50,532 nucleotides of DNA from contig VXPS01000118.1 of the NCBI GenBank assembly GCA_009839425.1, positions 1 through 50,532 on the forward strand, written 5' to 3'. The translations under genes were made by a program, and so were the position numbers. Of this stretch, positions 33,335 to 43,079 are shown piece by piece; position 1 is the first letter of the stretch; each line of letters starts with the position of its first letter. The notes beneath the pieces are model-generated. The model saw only the letters and a list, made by a program, of their open reading frames with translations. It had not been told where the DNA came from and did no database searches. The DNA comes from Chloroflexota bacterium. Its GTDB lineage: Bacteria > Chloroflexota > UBA11872.

Positions 33335-34585
33335 CTAGCTTCGACCGTCCTCGTCCTCAAGCCGTCTTCGCAGCCGAGAATTCGCGTCCCGCAGTGCCAT
33401 GTCCGGGTCCACGTCCGCCGCGTCGGCGCGTGCGGCAACCCAAAGTAGGGCGTCGCCCAGGCTCTCGGCGTCGCTCCCGGCGGAGAGCGCCGCAAGGGTC
33501 GCTGTTTTGAGACTCGGCATGTCCAGCGGCTGCCCGGCCCGGCGCAGCGCGCGCACGGCCGATCTCGCAAACGTCAGGCTGGGCATCGAGTCCGGTAGGC
33601 CATCGAACGGACCCTGATCGCCGTCGCGTTCGGCCGCCTTGATCTGGGCCCATGACAGGTGTAGGTCTTCCTGAGCTTCGAACTGTGCGTCGCCGAACAC
33701 GTGGGGATGGCGTCGAATCATCTTGGCGCTGATCGCCGCTACCACATCCGGCCAGTCAAACCCGCCGCGCTGCCGGGCAATCTCCGCGTGCAGGACCAGG
33801 TTCGCCAGCACGTCGCCGAACTCGTCCGCCATCGCCACGTCGTCGTCTCGTTCGATCGCGGCCAGGGCCTCGTGCGCTTCCTCTGCGAGGTAGGGACGCA
33901 GCGTTCGGTGAGTCTGCTGCTTGTCCCACGGGCAGCCGTCCGGTCCGCGGAGCTGGCGAAAGATATCCAGCAGCGTATCGGTGTCGCGAAGTCTCGACTT
34001 CTCGGTGGGTAAAGCCCGTAGTGACATCGGAAACGGCGTGGGGTTGACTGGGCTGTCGCCCTGCCAACTCGAGCAGGACCATGGCTTAACCTCAATAATT
34101 GCGTCAGATCCGTACGCGGCTCGCAGCCGGCTCTGCCAGGCATTCAATTCGTGATCGTCGGCAACGCCCCGCACCACGGTCTGCATGCCTGCTGCGGGCC
34201 GCCAGTCCCCGCCTGCCGGACCCATGACGGTCGGGCCGTCGATGGCGGGCGAGGATTCTGGACCAAGCGTCAGGCTGACGATTCCACGTCTCGCCAAATC
34301 CTGGAGAACCGCCACACCCGGGTCGTCGTCCGGTCCAAATCCGGGTGCCAGGTAGACCGCGCGCGTGCCGTTGAGCCCCTCGAGAGCTCGTCTCCAGGCT
34401 TTGGCCTCCGGCGGCCATGGCAACTGAATTGCCACTTGGGCGGCGGCAATGGTCGCCCAGGCAACCATCGGATCGGTGGATGTCGGAACGGCGGAGTCAA
34501 CGGATCTGCGATCACCCTCACGTATGAATGCCACATGCACATGGACATTCACCGATGAGAGATGGATTTGGTCTGTGGCCGCCAT
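33335..34585 (-). CDS. mazG: MazG-family nucleoside triphosphate pyrophosphohydrolase with an N-terminal domain of about 200 aa (YabN-like architecture)
   Basis: Trimmed from listed ORF end 34699, which overlaps gcvH, to the ATG at 34585. MazG motifs LRGPDGCPWDKQQTH, EEAHEALAAI, EFGDVLANLV and RHPHVFG. The start is uncertain. Confidence 0.8.
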   Translation of the reverse strand: MAATDQIHLSSVNVHVHVAFIREGDRRSVDSAVPTSTDPMVAWATIAAAQVAIQLPWPPEAKAWRRALEGLNGTRAVYLAPGFGPDDDPGVAVLQDLARRGIVSLTLGPESSPAIDGPTVMGPAGGDWRPAAGMQTVVRGVADDHELNAWQSRLRAAYGSDAIIEVKPWSCSSWQGDSPVNPTPFPMSLRALPTEKSRLRDTDTLLDIFRQLRGPDGCPWDKQQTHRTLRPYLAEEAHEALAAIERDDDVAMADEFGDVLANLVLHAEIARQRGGFDWPDVVAAISAKMIRRHPHVFGDAQFEAQEDLHLSWAQIKAAERDGDQGPFDGLPDSMPSLTFARSAVRALRRAGQPLDMPSLKTATLAALSAGSDAESLGDALLWVAARADAADVDPDMALRDANSRLRRRLEDEDGRS

Positions 34586-34636
34586 GCGCTGCGATATTCT
34601 AGACCTTAGTCCTGTTTGCTTGTCCCCGGTGAGTTC

Positions 34637-35023
34637 ATGTACCCAGACGACCTTGGCTACACGCACGAACACGAGTGGGTTCGCGACGAAGGCGACCACC
34701 TGCTCGTTGGCATCACGGCGTACGCGCAGGAAGAGCTGGGAGATGTCGTCTACGTTGAACTGCCAACGCCCGGCGAAAGCTTCGGCGCGGGTGACGAGTT
34801 TGGAACGGTCGAGTCGGTCAAGGCTGTTTCACCTCTTTACGTCCCGATGTCAGGCGAGATTCTCGAAGTCAACGAAGAACTTGAGGCACAGCCCGAACTC
34901 ATCAACGAAGACCCGTACGCCGCCGGCTGGATGATCCGGCTGGCCGCGAGCGATCCGAGCGAGCGCGACGCCCTACTTGATGCTCAGGCGTACGAACAAC
35001 TGGTGAATGAGCTACGCGCCTAA
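34637..35023 (+). CDS. gcvH: Glycine cleavage system H protein
   Basis: Trimmed from listed 34616 to the ATG at 34637 (MYPDDLGYTHEHEWV). Lipoyl-lysine motif TVESVKAVS. Confidence 0.93.
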   Translation: MYPDDLGYTHEHEWVRDEGDHLLVGITAYAQEELGDVVYVELPTPGESFGAGDEFGTVESVKAVSPLYVPMSGEILEVNEELEAQPELINEDPYAAGWMIRLAASDPSERDALLDAQAYEQLVNELRA

Positions 35024-36362
35024 CACCGACGCCGACCGGGCGGCCATGTTGCGCGCGGTCGGTGTCGAGTCCATAGACGACCTCTTTGTCGACATCCCGG
35101 TCAGGCACCGCGACCCGGAGCTGGACCTGCCGCCGGCGCTTCCCGAGACTGATGTGATTCGGCATTTGGGCGAACTCGGCGCGCGGAACGCGACGTCGAG
35201 CGATCTCGCTTCATTTCTCGGCGCCGGGTTCTACCGCCACTTCGTCCCGGCGCTGGTTGACCAGCAGCTGCTGCGCTCGGAGTGGTACACGGCCTATACG
35301 CCCTATCAGCCGGAAATGGCGCAGGGCACTTTGCAGGCCATGTACGAGTTCCAGTCCCTCGTCTGTGACCTCACTGGCATGGATGTGTCGAACGCCTCGC
35401 TATACGACGGCGCCTCGGCGCTGGCCGAGGCCGTGTTGTTGTGTCGTGGTCTCACCCGCCGCCCGCGCGTCGTCATCGCCGACACCGTGCATCCGGCCTA
35501 TCGAGATGTCGCCGCGACATACGTCAGTGCGCTCGACGTCGATCTCCGAGTCGTTTCGGCCGCCCGCCGCGATGCCACAAGCGTTCGGCCTGATCTGCAG
35601 GCGCTCGTGGACGCCATCGACGAACAGACGAGCTGCGTGGTCATCCAGCGTCCGGACTTCCTGGGCATGGTGGTTGACCCTGACCCGGTCATGCAGGCCG
35701 CGCGCGAGCATGGCGCTCGCGTCGTGGTGGTCGTCGGCGATCCGGTTTCACTGGGTCTCCTGGTTCCGCCCGGTGATCTCGGCGCCGACATCGTGGTCGG
35801 GGAATTGCGCTCCCTGGCCGGACCTCCGGCCTACGGCGGGCCCGGCGCCGGCATGTTCGCCGTCCGGTCACAGCTGATTCGCCGCGTCCCGGGTCGAATC
35901 GCCGGTCGGACGACGGACCTGGACGGCAAGAACGCCTTTGTCCTGACCTTGCAGACGCGCGAACAGCACATCCGACGCGAGCGCGCCACGTCCAACATCA
36001 CGACCAACCAGGCCCTGGTGACGCTGGGTGCCACGATCTCGCTCTGTGCGCTGGGCCGTCGCGGTCTCCGGGAAATCGCTGAGCAATCCCTGACAGCGGC
36101 TCATCACGCGGCCGAGGCACTGGTCGGCGCCGGAGCCGTCATTGCCTCCGAAGCCCCGTACGTCAACGAATTCGCCGTCCACGCGCCGGCGGGCGCGGCC
36201 GCTCGGTTGGAACGCCTGCGCAAGGAGGGCAACGTTCTTGCCGGAATCGACCTTGGCTGCGTGTCGCCAACGTTTGACGACTTGATTCTGGTGGCCGCAA
36301 CAGAGCTGACCACGGCCGACGACGTCGAAGCGCTGGCATCCGCCTGGGCACGGACCCAATGA
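35007..36362 (+). CDS. gcvPA: Glycine dehydrogenase (decarboxylating) subunit 1
   Basis: Listed ORF, 451 aa. The YTPYQPEMAQGTLQAMYEFQ motif is typical of P-protein subunit 1. Followed by subunit 2. Confidence 0.93.
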   Translation: MSYAPNTDADRAAMLRAVGVESIDDLFVDIPVRHRDPELDLPPALPETDVIRHLGELGARNATSSDLASFLGAGFYRHFVPALVDQQLLRSEWYTAYTPYQPEMAQGTLQAMYEFQSLVCDLTGMDVSNASLYDGASALAEAVLLCRGLTRRPRVVIADTVHPAYRDVAATYVSALDVDLRVVSAARRDATSVRPDLQALVDAIDEQTSCVVIQRPDFLGMVVDPDPVMQAAREHGARVVVVVGDPVSLGLLVPPGDLGADIVVGELRSLAGPPAYGGPGAGMFAVRSQLIRRVPGRIAGRTTDLDGKNAFVLTLQTREQHIRRERATSNITTNQALVTLGATISLCALGRRGLREIAEQSLTAAHHAAEALVGAGAVIASEAPYVNEFAVHAPAGAAARLERLRKEGNVLAGIDLGCVSPTFDDLILVAATELTTADDVEALASAWARTQ

Positions 36363-37816
36363 CCGAAGAACCCCTGATCTACGACCTCTCCAGCCCCGGC
36401 CGCCGCGGCGTGCGTCCTCCCTTGCCGCAATTCGATCCGGTCGATCCGACCAAGGCCTTGCCAACGTCGGAACTCCGGACCGACTTGCCGCTGCCGGAAG
36501 CCTCCGAAATCGACGTCATGCGCCACTTCCTCCGCCTCTCGCACAAGAACCACAGTGTGGATACCGCCATGTATCCGCTCGGTTCCTGCACCATGAAGTA
36601 CAACCCCAAGGTGAACGAGGTCACGGCCCGCACCCCGGGCTTGGCCGACGTCCATCCCAACCAGCCGCCTGCAACCGCCCAGGGTGCCCTGGAGTTAATC
36701 TACGAACTCGAAGCCTTGCTGGCCTCGATCACCGGTTTCCCCGCCGTCTCCACTCAGCCTGCTGCTGGCTCGCAGGGCGAGCTCTGCGGCCTCCTGAGCA
36801 TCCTGGCCTGGCACGAGTCGCGTGGGGAAACCCGCACGCAGGTTCTGGTTCCCGACTCGGCGCATGGCACGAACCCCGCCACCGGAACCATGAGCGGCCT
36901 CGAGGTCATTAGCCTGCCCACCGCCGACGACGGCGGCATCGATCTGCAGAACCTTGAGGAGCGCCTGGGTCCCGGCGTGGCGGCCATCATGCTCACCCTG
37001 CCCAGCACCCTCGGGCTCTTTGAGCGCCGCATTCTTGAGGTCGTTGACCTCGTCCATGCCGCCGGTGCGCAGGTCTACTGCGACGGCGCCAACATGAACG
37101 CCATGTTGGGCCGCGTGCGTCCAGCCGACCTGGGCATTGACGTGATGCATCTGAATTTACATAAAACCTTCAGTACGCCTCACGGCGGCGGCGGTCCAGG
37201 AGCTGGGGCTCTCGCCGTGCAGGCTCACTTGGAGCCCTTCCTTCCCTCTCCCCGAGTCGTCCGAAACGGCGACGCGTTTGAGCTGGCGGAGCCGTCGCCT
37301 ACGAGCATCGGTCGGGTCCACAGCCACCTTGGCAATTTCGGCAACCTGGTGCGCGCCTATACCTACATCCGCTCGCTCGGAGCCGAAGGGCTGCGTGAGG
37401 CCGCCGACGACGCCGTGCTCAACGCCAACTACCTGCGGGCCTCCCTGTCGGACGACTACGACCTGCCCTACGACCGCATCTGCATGCACGAAGTCGTCCT
37501 GGCCGGCACCCGCCAGCGGCGCCTCGGTGTGCGCACCCTCGATATCGCCAAGCGGCTCATCGACTACGGCATTCACCCGCCGACGATCTACTTCCCAATC
37601 ATCGTGGACGAAGCCCTGATGATCGAACCCACCGAAACCGAGTCCCGCGAGTCCCTCGACAACTTCATCGACGTCATGCGCCGCATCGCTCGCGAAGCCG
37701 AGTCCGATCCCGACAAGCTCCACGATGCCCCCGTAAACGCACCCGTCCGCCGGCTCGACGAAGTCACCGCCAACCGCCGTCCCAACGTCCGCCGTCCCCC
37801 TCCTGGAAGTGCCTAG
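36359..37816 (+). CDS. gcvPB: Glycine dehydrogenase (decarboxylating) subunit 2
   Basis: Listed ORF, 485 aa. PLP-lysine region HLNLHKTFSTPHGGGGPG. ATGA overlap with gcvPA. Confidence 0.93.
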   Translation: MTEEPLIYDLSSPGRRGVRPPLPQFDPVDPTKALPTSELRTDLPLPEASEIDVMRHFLRLSHKNHSVDTAMYPLGSCTMKYNPKVNEVTARTPGLADVHPNQPPATAQGALELIYELEALLASITGFPAVSTQPAAGSQGELCGLLSILAWHESRGETRTQVLVPDSAHGTNPATGTMSGLEVISLPTADDGGIDLQNLEERLGPGVAAIMLTLPSTLGLFERRILEVVDLVHAAGAQVYCDGANMNAMLGRVRPADLGIDVMHLNLHKTFSTPHGGGGPGAGALAVQAHLEPFLPSPRVVRNGDAFELAEPSPTSIGRVHSHLGNFGNLVRAYTYIRSLGAEGLREAADDAVLNANYLRASLSDDYDLPYDRICMHEVVLAGTRQRRLGVRTLDIAKRLIDYGIHPPTIYFPIIVDEALMIEPTETESRESLDNFIDVMRRIAREAESDPDKLHDAPVNAPVRRLDEVTANRRPNVRRPPPGSA

Positions 37817-37935
37817 GCGCGGGTAGCAGGCCGCGGTTCGCCTCCAACACTCCCGGCGGTCTGACGGCGGCCGATGACGCTGTTGCGCTCTGACGATGCC
37901 TTCCAGGGCGTCGTGACGGCGAAGATGCTGCGTGG

Positions 37936-38817
37936 CTAACCGGCTGCCCGCCATATCTCCTGAAGCTTGCGATAGCCGATGATCTGAATGCCCTCGTCGT
38001 CAACGATCCGGGCGGCTTCCTCGGAAACCGCGACATCAAAGTCCGACTGCCGGCCCTCCGGCGTGCCCGTAACGCCGGGGACTCTTGGATCGGCCATCAC
38101 GGCCCGCAGTTCGTCGGTCGCGATCCCCGGATGCAGCGCCCACTCACTGAGGCCCGCCGGCAGCCCCTTTAGTCTGGCGGCCAGCACTTCAGCCTTCTGC
38201 TCCGGCGGGATTCGGCCCGTATCCAGGACACCGTGCTCGGCGGCCGGCAAGCCTTGCGCCAGCAGGCTCTCGACCAGGTGCGGCGATCCTGCGCGCATGG
38301 CCAGGCCGTATTCGCGCGCCAGGCGAAGGACCAGGTCGAAGATGTCCTGCCGAATCTCGTGCGGCCCGTAGTGGGTGTCCAGGTGGGAAGGCTCCAGACC
38401 CAGGGCCTTGACTGCCTCGATTTGCTCCCGAAACTCAGTCTCCAGTTCACCGATGTCGGCCGAATCCAGCATGTGGTCGAAGCGGTCGTCCCCGAAGAAG
38501 TACCCGGACTCATCGAGCAGCGACGGGACGCTTTCCGATGCCGTCACCGGACCCCACCGGTAGTGCCGGTACTCGGAAACGATGGTCAAGTGAACGGCGA
38601 AAGAAACCACGGGATGCTGGCGCAGAAACTCGGCCGCATGCAAACACCACGGCGTCGGCGCCATCAGCGAGCACGAACTGACCAGTCCTTCAGTCATCGA
38701 CCGGATAGCGCCGAGGTTCTGGCCGTGACACATGCCGAAATCGTCGGCGTTGACGATCAGCAGCCGAGCGTCGGCGGGATATCCCAACAATTCGTTGGCT
38801 CGTGGCACAACGCGCAT
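37936..38817 (-). CDS. YdjC/ChbG-family carbohydrate deacetylase-like protein
   Basis: Trimmed from listed ORF end 39021, which overlaps iolD, to the ATG at 38817. GAGGAG lies 7 nt upstream. The LLIVNADDFGMCHGQNLGAIRSMTEGLVSSCSLM motif is typical of the YdjC family. Confidence 0.8.
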   Translation of the reverse strand: MRVVPRANELLGYPADARLLIVNADDFGMCHGQNLGAIRSMTEGLVSSCSLMAPTPWCLHAAEFLRQHPVVSFAVHLTIVSEYRHYRWGPVTASESVPSLLDESGYFFGDDRFDHMLDSADIGELETEFREQIEAVKALGLEPSHLDTHYGPHEIRQDIFDLVLRLAREYGLAMRAGSPHLVESLLAQGLPAAEHGVLDTGRIPPEQKAEVLAARLKGLPAGLSEWALHPGIATDELRAVMADPRVPGVTGTPEGRQSDFDVAVSEEAARIVDDEGIQIIGYRKLQEIWRAAG

Positions 38818-38834
38818 ATTGGCGCTCCTCGGGT

Positions 38835-38899
38835 CGAACGTTCGTTTCAGGTCATTCTCGTATGCTTTGCTGCGGCCTTGAGAACAGTTGCCCGCAACT
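38835..38899. promoter_or_regulatory. Two palindromes in the YdjC/iolD divergent control region (candidate operators)
   Basis: CGAACGTTCG at 38835-38844 is a perfect 10-bp palindrome. AGTTGCCCGCAACT at 38886-38899 has perfect 6-bp arms with a 2-bp spacer. Confidence 0.3.
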
Positions 38900-38980
38900 C
38901 GTTCGCGATCTGGTGACTGACGACCGGACGCGTCGAAACCGTCCAAATCGACTGCTGACGTAAGCAAAGGGGCATTCGCG

Positions 38981-40834
38981 ATGAAGAAGACGATGGCGCA
39001 GGCGCTCGTCGAGTTCCTCAAGGTCCAGCACGTGGCTCGCGACGGTCAACAGCAGCCCTTCTTCGCCGGCTGTTTCGGCATCTTCGGGCACGGCAACGTG
39101 GCGGGTGTCGGCGAGGCGTTGCAGGAGAACCCCGACTTTCGCTACTACCAGGCCCGCAACGAGCAGTCGATGGTCCACAGCGCCATCGGCTACGCCAAGA
39201 TGAAAAACCGCCTGGGCGCCCTGGCCTGCACCTCCTCCATCGGTCCCGGCGCCACCAACATGGTCACCGGCGCCGCCACCGCCACCATCAACCGCCTGCC
39301 CGTCCTGCTGCTGCCCGGCGACATATTTTCCAACCGCAAGGTCGCCCCGGTCTTGCAGCAGCTCGAAGCTCCCTGGTCCCACGACGTCTCCGTCAACGAC
39401 TGCTTCCGCCCGGTGTCGACCTACTGGGACCGCATCAACCGGCCCGACCAGCTCGTCCCTGCACTCATGGAAACGATGCGAGTCCTCACGTCGCCCGCGT
39501 CCACTGGCGCAGTGACGCTCTGCCTTCCGCAGGATGTCCAGACCGAGGCCTACGACTATCCCGACGGCCTGTTTGAGCCTCGTGTTTGGGACATCCCCCG
39601 TGCTCGTCCCGACGCCGGTTTAGTCCAACGAGCGGCCGCCTGGATCCGGGCCAGCCAGCGCCCGCTGATCGTCGCCGGCGGCGGCGTCCTCTACAGCGAG
39701 GCGTCGGCCACCCTACAGGCCTTTGTCGAGGCAACAGGCATTCCGGTATCCGAGACCAAGGCCGGCAAAGGCGCCCTGCCGCACGACCATCCCCAGGTCC
39801 TGGGCGCCGTCGGATTCTCCGGCGGCACCGCCGCCAACCTCGTGGCGAACGACGCCGACCTGATCATCGGCATCGGCACCCGATACACCGACTTCACCAC
39901 CGCCTCCAAGACCCAGTTCCAGAACCCGGATGTCCGCTTCATCAACATCAACGTGGCCGAATTGGACGCCTACAAGCACGCCGCCCTGCCCCTGCAAGGC
40001 GACGCGCGAGTGGTGCTTGAGGAACTGGCCGACGCCGTTGCCGGCTACCGCGTCCCATCGTCATTCGGCCAGCAAGTGAACGCCTGGCGCGACGCATGGG
40101 TCGCCGAGACCGACAGCCAGCGAGCCGCCACCGATGCCATTCCACTGCGGCAAGGCCACGTCATCGGCGTCGTCAACGACTTCGCCCGGCCTGAAGACGT
40201 CGTGGTCTGCGCCGCCGGCAGCCTGCCCGGTGACCTGCACAAGCTCTGGCGCACCGCCCAGCCGGGCGGCTTCCACCTGGAGTACGGCTACTCCTGCATG
40301 GGCTATGAGATTGCCGGCGGTATCGGCGCCAAGATGGCCGCGCCCGAACGCGAGGTCTACGTCATGGTCGGCGACGGTTCCTACCTCATGATGGCCCAGG
40401 AACTCGTCACTGCCCTGCAGGAGGGCATCAAGATCAATGTCGTCCTGCTCGACAACCACGGTTGGGGCAGCATCCGCGCGCTTTCCACCGACGTCGGCGC
40501 CGATGGCTGGGGCACCCAGTACCGCTACCGCAACGGAGCCTCCGGCCAGCTTGACGGCGACACGATTCCTCTCGATCTGGCCGCCAACGCCGAGGGCCTC
40601 GGCATGAACGTCATCCGCGCCGACACCGCGGACGACCTGCAGGAGGCCCTGGAAGATGCGCGCGACGCCGATAGCTCAACCCTCATCGCCGTGGATGTCA
40701 GCGCCGACGACGGCGTCCCCACCTACGAATCCTGGTGGGACGTTCCCGTTTCCGAGGTATCCACGCTCGCGGGCGTGCAGGCCTCGCGCGAGCGCTACGC
40801 CGAAGCTGTCAAGAACGAGCGCCCGCTCATCTAG
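38981..40834 (+). CDS. iolD: 3D-(3,5/4)-trihydroxycyclohexane-1,2-dione acylhydrolase (thiamine-diphosphate enzyme of myo-inositol catabolism)
   Basis: Listed ORF, 617 aa. Long stretches match my recollection of B. subtilis IolD: FGHGNV, YQARNEQSMVH, PVLLLPGD, PVLQQLE, YWDRINRPDQL, GSLPGDLHKLW, HLEYGYSCMGYEIAGGIG and ESWWDVPVSEVS. Confidence 0.9.
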   Translation: MKKTMAQALVEFLKVQHVARDGQQQPFFAGCFGIFGHGNVAGVGEALQENPDFRYYQARNEQSMVHSAIGYAKMKNRLGALACTSSIGPGATNMVTGAATATINRLPVLLLPGDIFSNRKVAPVLQQLEAPWSHDVSVNDCFRPVSTYWDRINRPDQLVPALMETMRVLTSPASTGAVTLCLPQDVQTEAYDYPDGLFEPRVWDIPRARPDAGLVQRAAAWIRASQRPLIVAGGGVLYSEASATLQAFVEATGIPVSETKAGKGALPHDHPQVLGAVGFSGGTAANLVANDADLIIGIGTRYTDFTTASKTQFQNPDVRFININVAELDAYKHAALPLQGDARVVLEELADAVAGYRVPSSFGQQVNAWRDAWVAETDSQRAATDAIPLRQGHVIGVVNDFARPEDVVVCAAGSLPGDLHKLWRTAQPGGFHLEYGYSCMGYEIAGGIGAKMAAPEREVYVMVGDGSYLMMAQELVTALQEGIKINVVLLDNHGWGSIRALSTDVGADGWGTQYRYRNGASGQLDGDTIPLDLAANAEGLGMNVIRADTADDLQEALEDARDADSSTLIAVDVSADDGVPTYESWWDVPVSEVSTLAGVQASRERYAEAVKNERPLI

Positions 40835-40910
40835 CCCGCTGATGCGCTCGCTGCAAGCCGACGTCAGACCGTCACCGTCACGACACCCGGTCGAGCGGAG
40901 GAGATAAGCC

Positions 40911-41876
40911 ATGAAACTTGGCCTGTACATGGACATCCTCAGCGACAAGTCGTTCACCGAGGCGCTCGACTACGCCGCTGGACTCGGACTTGACGCCGTC
41001 GAAATCGGCACCGGCAACTTCTCGTCGGCTCCACACTGTGAGCTCGACCAACTGGTCCAGAGCCAGGCGGCCCGCGACGAGTTCCTGGGCGCGATCACCG
41101 AGCGTGGACTGACGCTCTCGGCGCTCAACTGCTCCGGCAACCTGCTCGACCCGCACCCCGAGCGCCGCCAGCGCTGCCAGCAGGTCTACTACGACACCGT
41201 CCGAGTTGCCCGAGAGCTTGGGCTGGACATTGTCATCACCCAGAGCGGCTGCCCCGGCGCGCCCGACGGCGGGACGTATCCCAACTGGGTCACGGCCACC
41301 TGGCCCGCCGAATACGTGGAATGCGGCCTCCGTCAGTGGGCTGAGGAAGTCACCCCTTTCTGGAGTGAAGCCGGCCGCTTCGCCGCTGACCACGGCATGA
41401 AGATTGCCATCGAAATGCACCACGGCATGGTCGCCTACAACCCGCGCTCCCTCCTGCAGCTACGCGACATCGCCGGCGACCTGCTCGGTGCCAACCTCGA
41501 CCCCAGCCACCTCTGGCCCCAGGGCATGGAACCCACCGTCGTGGTCCAGGGCCTGGCCGGCTGCATTTGGCACGTGCACGCCAAGGACACCGGCATCGAC
41601 CCCAACGAGGCTGCCCTCAACGGCCTGCTCGAGATTCGTCCCTGGGACCAGTCGTTCCAGCGCTCCTGGGCCTTCCGCACCGTCGGCTACGGCCACGATG
41701 AACTCTGGTGGCGCCAGTTCTTCAGCGCCCTCCGCAAGACCGGCTTCGACGGCGTGGTGAGCATGGAGCACGAGGACCGCTGGATGGGCCGGCTTGAAGG
41801 ATTGGAAAAGAGCGTCGACTTCTTGCGCCCGCTGCTTCTCCAGGACCAGCAGGACGTCATCGCGCCGCGCGCCTAG
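40911..41876 (+). CDS. Sugar phosphate isomerase/epimerase (xylose-isomerase-like TIM barrel)
   Basis: Listed ORF. GGAGGAG lies upstream. The pattern AVEIG..., IAIEMHH, NLDPSHL, HVHAKD and SMEHED is typical of this fold. The specific reaction is unknown. Confidence 0.75.
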   Translation: MKLGLYMDILSDKSFTEALDYAAGLGLDAVEIGTGNFSSAPHCELDQLVQSQAARDEFLGAITERGLTLSALNCSGNLLDPHPERRQRCQQVYYDTVRVARELGLDIVITQSGCPGAPDGGTYPNWVTATWPAEYVECGLRQWAEEVTPFWSEAGRFAADHGMKIAIEMHHGMVAYNPRSLLQLRDIAGDLLGANLDPSHLWPQGMEPTVVVQGLAGCIWHVHAKDTGIDPNEAALNGLLEIRPWDQSFQRSWAFRTVGYGHDELWWRQFFSALRKTGFDGVVSMEHEDRWMGRLEGLEKSVDFLRPLLLQDQQDVIAPRA

Positions 41877-43036
41877 TCGGCTTCAGCCTCCGCGGCGAGG
41901 GCCGTAACGCCCTCGCGGTAAACCGGATCGTCCGGATCAAGTGGCAGGGCAACCGGACATCGACGCGCTCCGGAGGCATAGCACGCCAGCACCAAATCGA
42001 CGGCCCGAGCGCCATCAACGCCGTTACTCCGTGGCTGACGCCCCGAATCCACGGCCTCGACGATGTCGCTGACCAGGTTCAGGTACGAGTTCTGCATGTT
42101 GTACCCATCAAACGCCCAGGCCAGCCGCTCGTCCTCGCTGGCATGCGCGGAATCGGCGTCGGCGATGACGCCCTCGACCTCCAGCGGTTGCGTCGTCATT
42201 CCGTCGGAAGTAAACGCCGAGTGGAACCGGTCGAAGGGCGTGGTCCCATTGTTGATGTATCGGAGCCACAGACGCCCCTCGCTGCCTCCCACGCCAATCC
42301 CGCCGGGCCCCAGCCCCCAACCCAGGTTCAGGCTGGCATACACCTCGCCTAGTCGCAGATGGCACATCGCCAGGTCGTCCACCGGCAGCGGCCCGTCACC
42401 GGTTCGGCGGATCATCGCCGAGACTTCGCTCACGGGCGTGCTCGCCAACCAGCTCATCACGTACAGCGGGTGCAGCATGTCCATCAGGATCCCGCCGCCC
42501 GCGCGCCCCAGGTCGCGCCGCCAACCCGGCTGAAACGTTGCGGCGCCCGGGTTGTCCGGAACGCAAAGCAAGTTGGCGCTGATCGTCTGAACTTCGCCAA
42601 TCGTCCCGGCGTCAATGGCCGCCTTCGCCGCCTCGAACTCGGGAAAAAACAGGTAGTTGTGCATCATCGCCAGCACCCGGTCGGCGCGCTCGGCCGCCCG
42701 AACCATCTGCCAGGCGTCCTGTGGGACCGACGCCAGCGGCTTCTCCGCCAGCACGTGCTTGCCCGCGCCCAGGGCTGCCAGGACCGGCGCTTTGCGCAGC
42801 CACGGCGGCGTTGCCACCACGACCAGGTCGAGATCCGGCAGCGCCGCCAGCTCCTCCGCGTCTGCAAATCGACGCTCGGCTGGAATCCCCTGTTCCTCGC
42901 CGACCCGCTCCAGGTTTGGTGGCGTCACGTCCGCAATCGCGCACAGTTCGATCCGCGAATGACTGGCCAGCCCCGGCGCATGAACGCCGCCGCCCATGCT
43001 CCCGCAGCCAACCAGGCCCGTGCGCAGCTTCGTCAT
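41873..43036 (-). CDS. Gfo/Idh/MocA-family NAD(P)-dependent oxidoreductase
   Basis: Trimmed from listed ORF end 43171 to the ATG at 43036 (MTKLRTGLVGCGSMGG Rossmann start). AEKPLA motif. Last gene of the minus-strand ABC operon. Confidence 0.85.
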   Translation of the reverse strand: MTKLRTGLVGCGSMGGGVHAPGLASHSRIELCAIADVTPPNLERVGEEQGIPAERRFADAEELAALPDLDLVVVATPPWLRKAPVLAALGAGKHVLAEKPLASVPQDAWQMVRAAERADRVLAMMHNYLFFPEFEAAKAAIDAGTIGEVQTISANLLCVPDNPGAATFQPGWRRDLGRAGGGILMDMLHPLYVMSWLASTPVSEVSAMIRRTGDGPLPVDDLAMCHLRLGEVYASLNLGWGLGPGGIGVGGSEGRLWLRYINNGTTPFDRFHSAFTSDGMTTQPLEVEGVIADADSAHASEDERLAWAFDGYNMQNSYLNLVSDIVEAVDSGRQPRSNGVDGARAVDLVLACYASGARRCPVALPLDPDDPVYREGVTALAAEAEAD

Positions 43037-43079
43037 CGCAAATGTCCCCTGAGCGAACGCCGCTGACGCGCCGACCTTG

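Noticed and set aside
34586-34636. A possible glycine riboswitch upstream of the gcvH-gcvPA-gcvPB operon.
   Set aside because: Only 51 nt separate the divergent mazG and gcvH starts, which is too short for even a single glycine aptamer. I saw no aptamer-like conserved core. gcvT, the usual riboswitch-controlled first gene, is not in this window.
38818-39021. Long N-terminal extensions in the ORF track. Affected genes are YdjC-like (to 39021), the Gfo/Idh/MocA gene (to 43171), the ABC ATPase (to 44735), the binding protein (to 47772), scpB (to 28393), mazG (to 34699), rplP, rplF, rpsM and rpsL.
   Set aside because: Each extension overlaps a neighbouring gene or lacks family-typical sequence. 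Internal starts give canonical N-termini, SD sequences or ATGA-type coupling.
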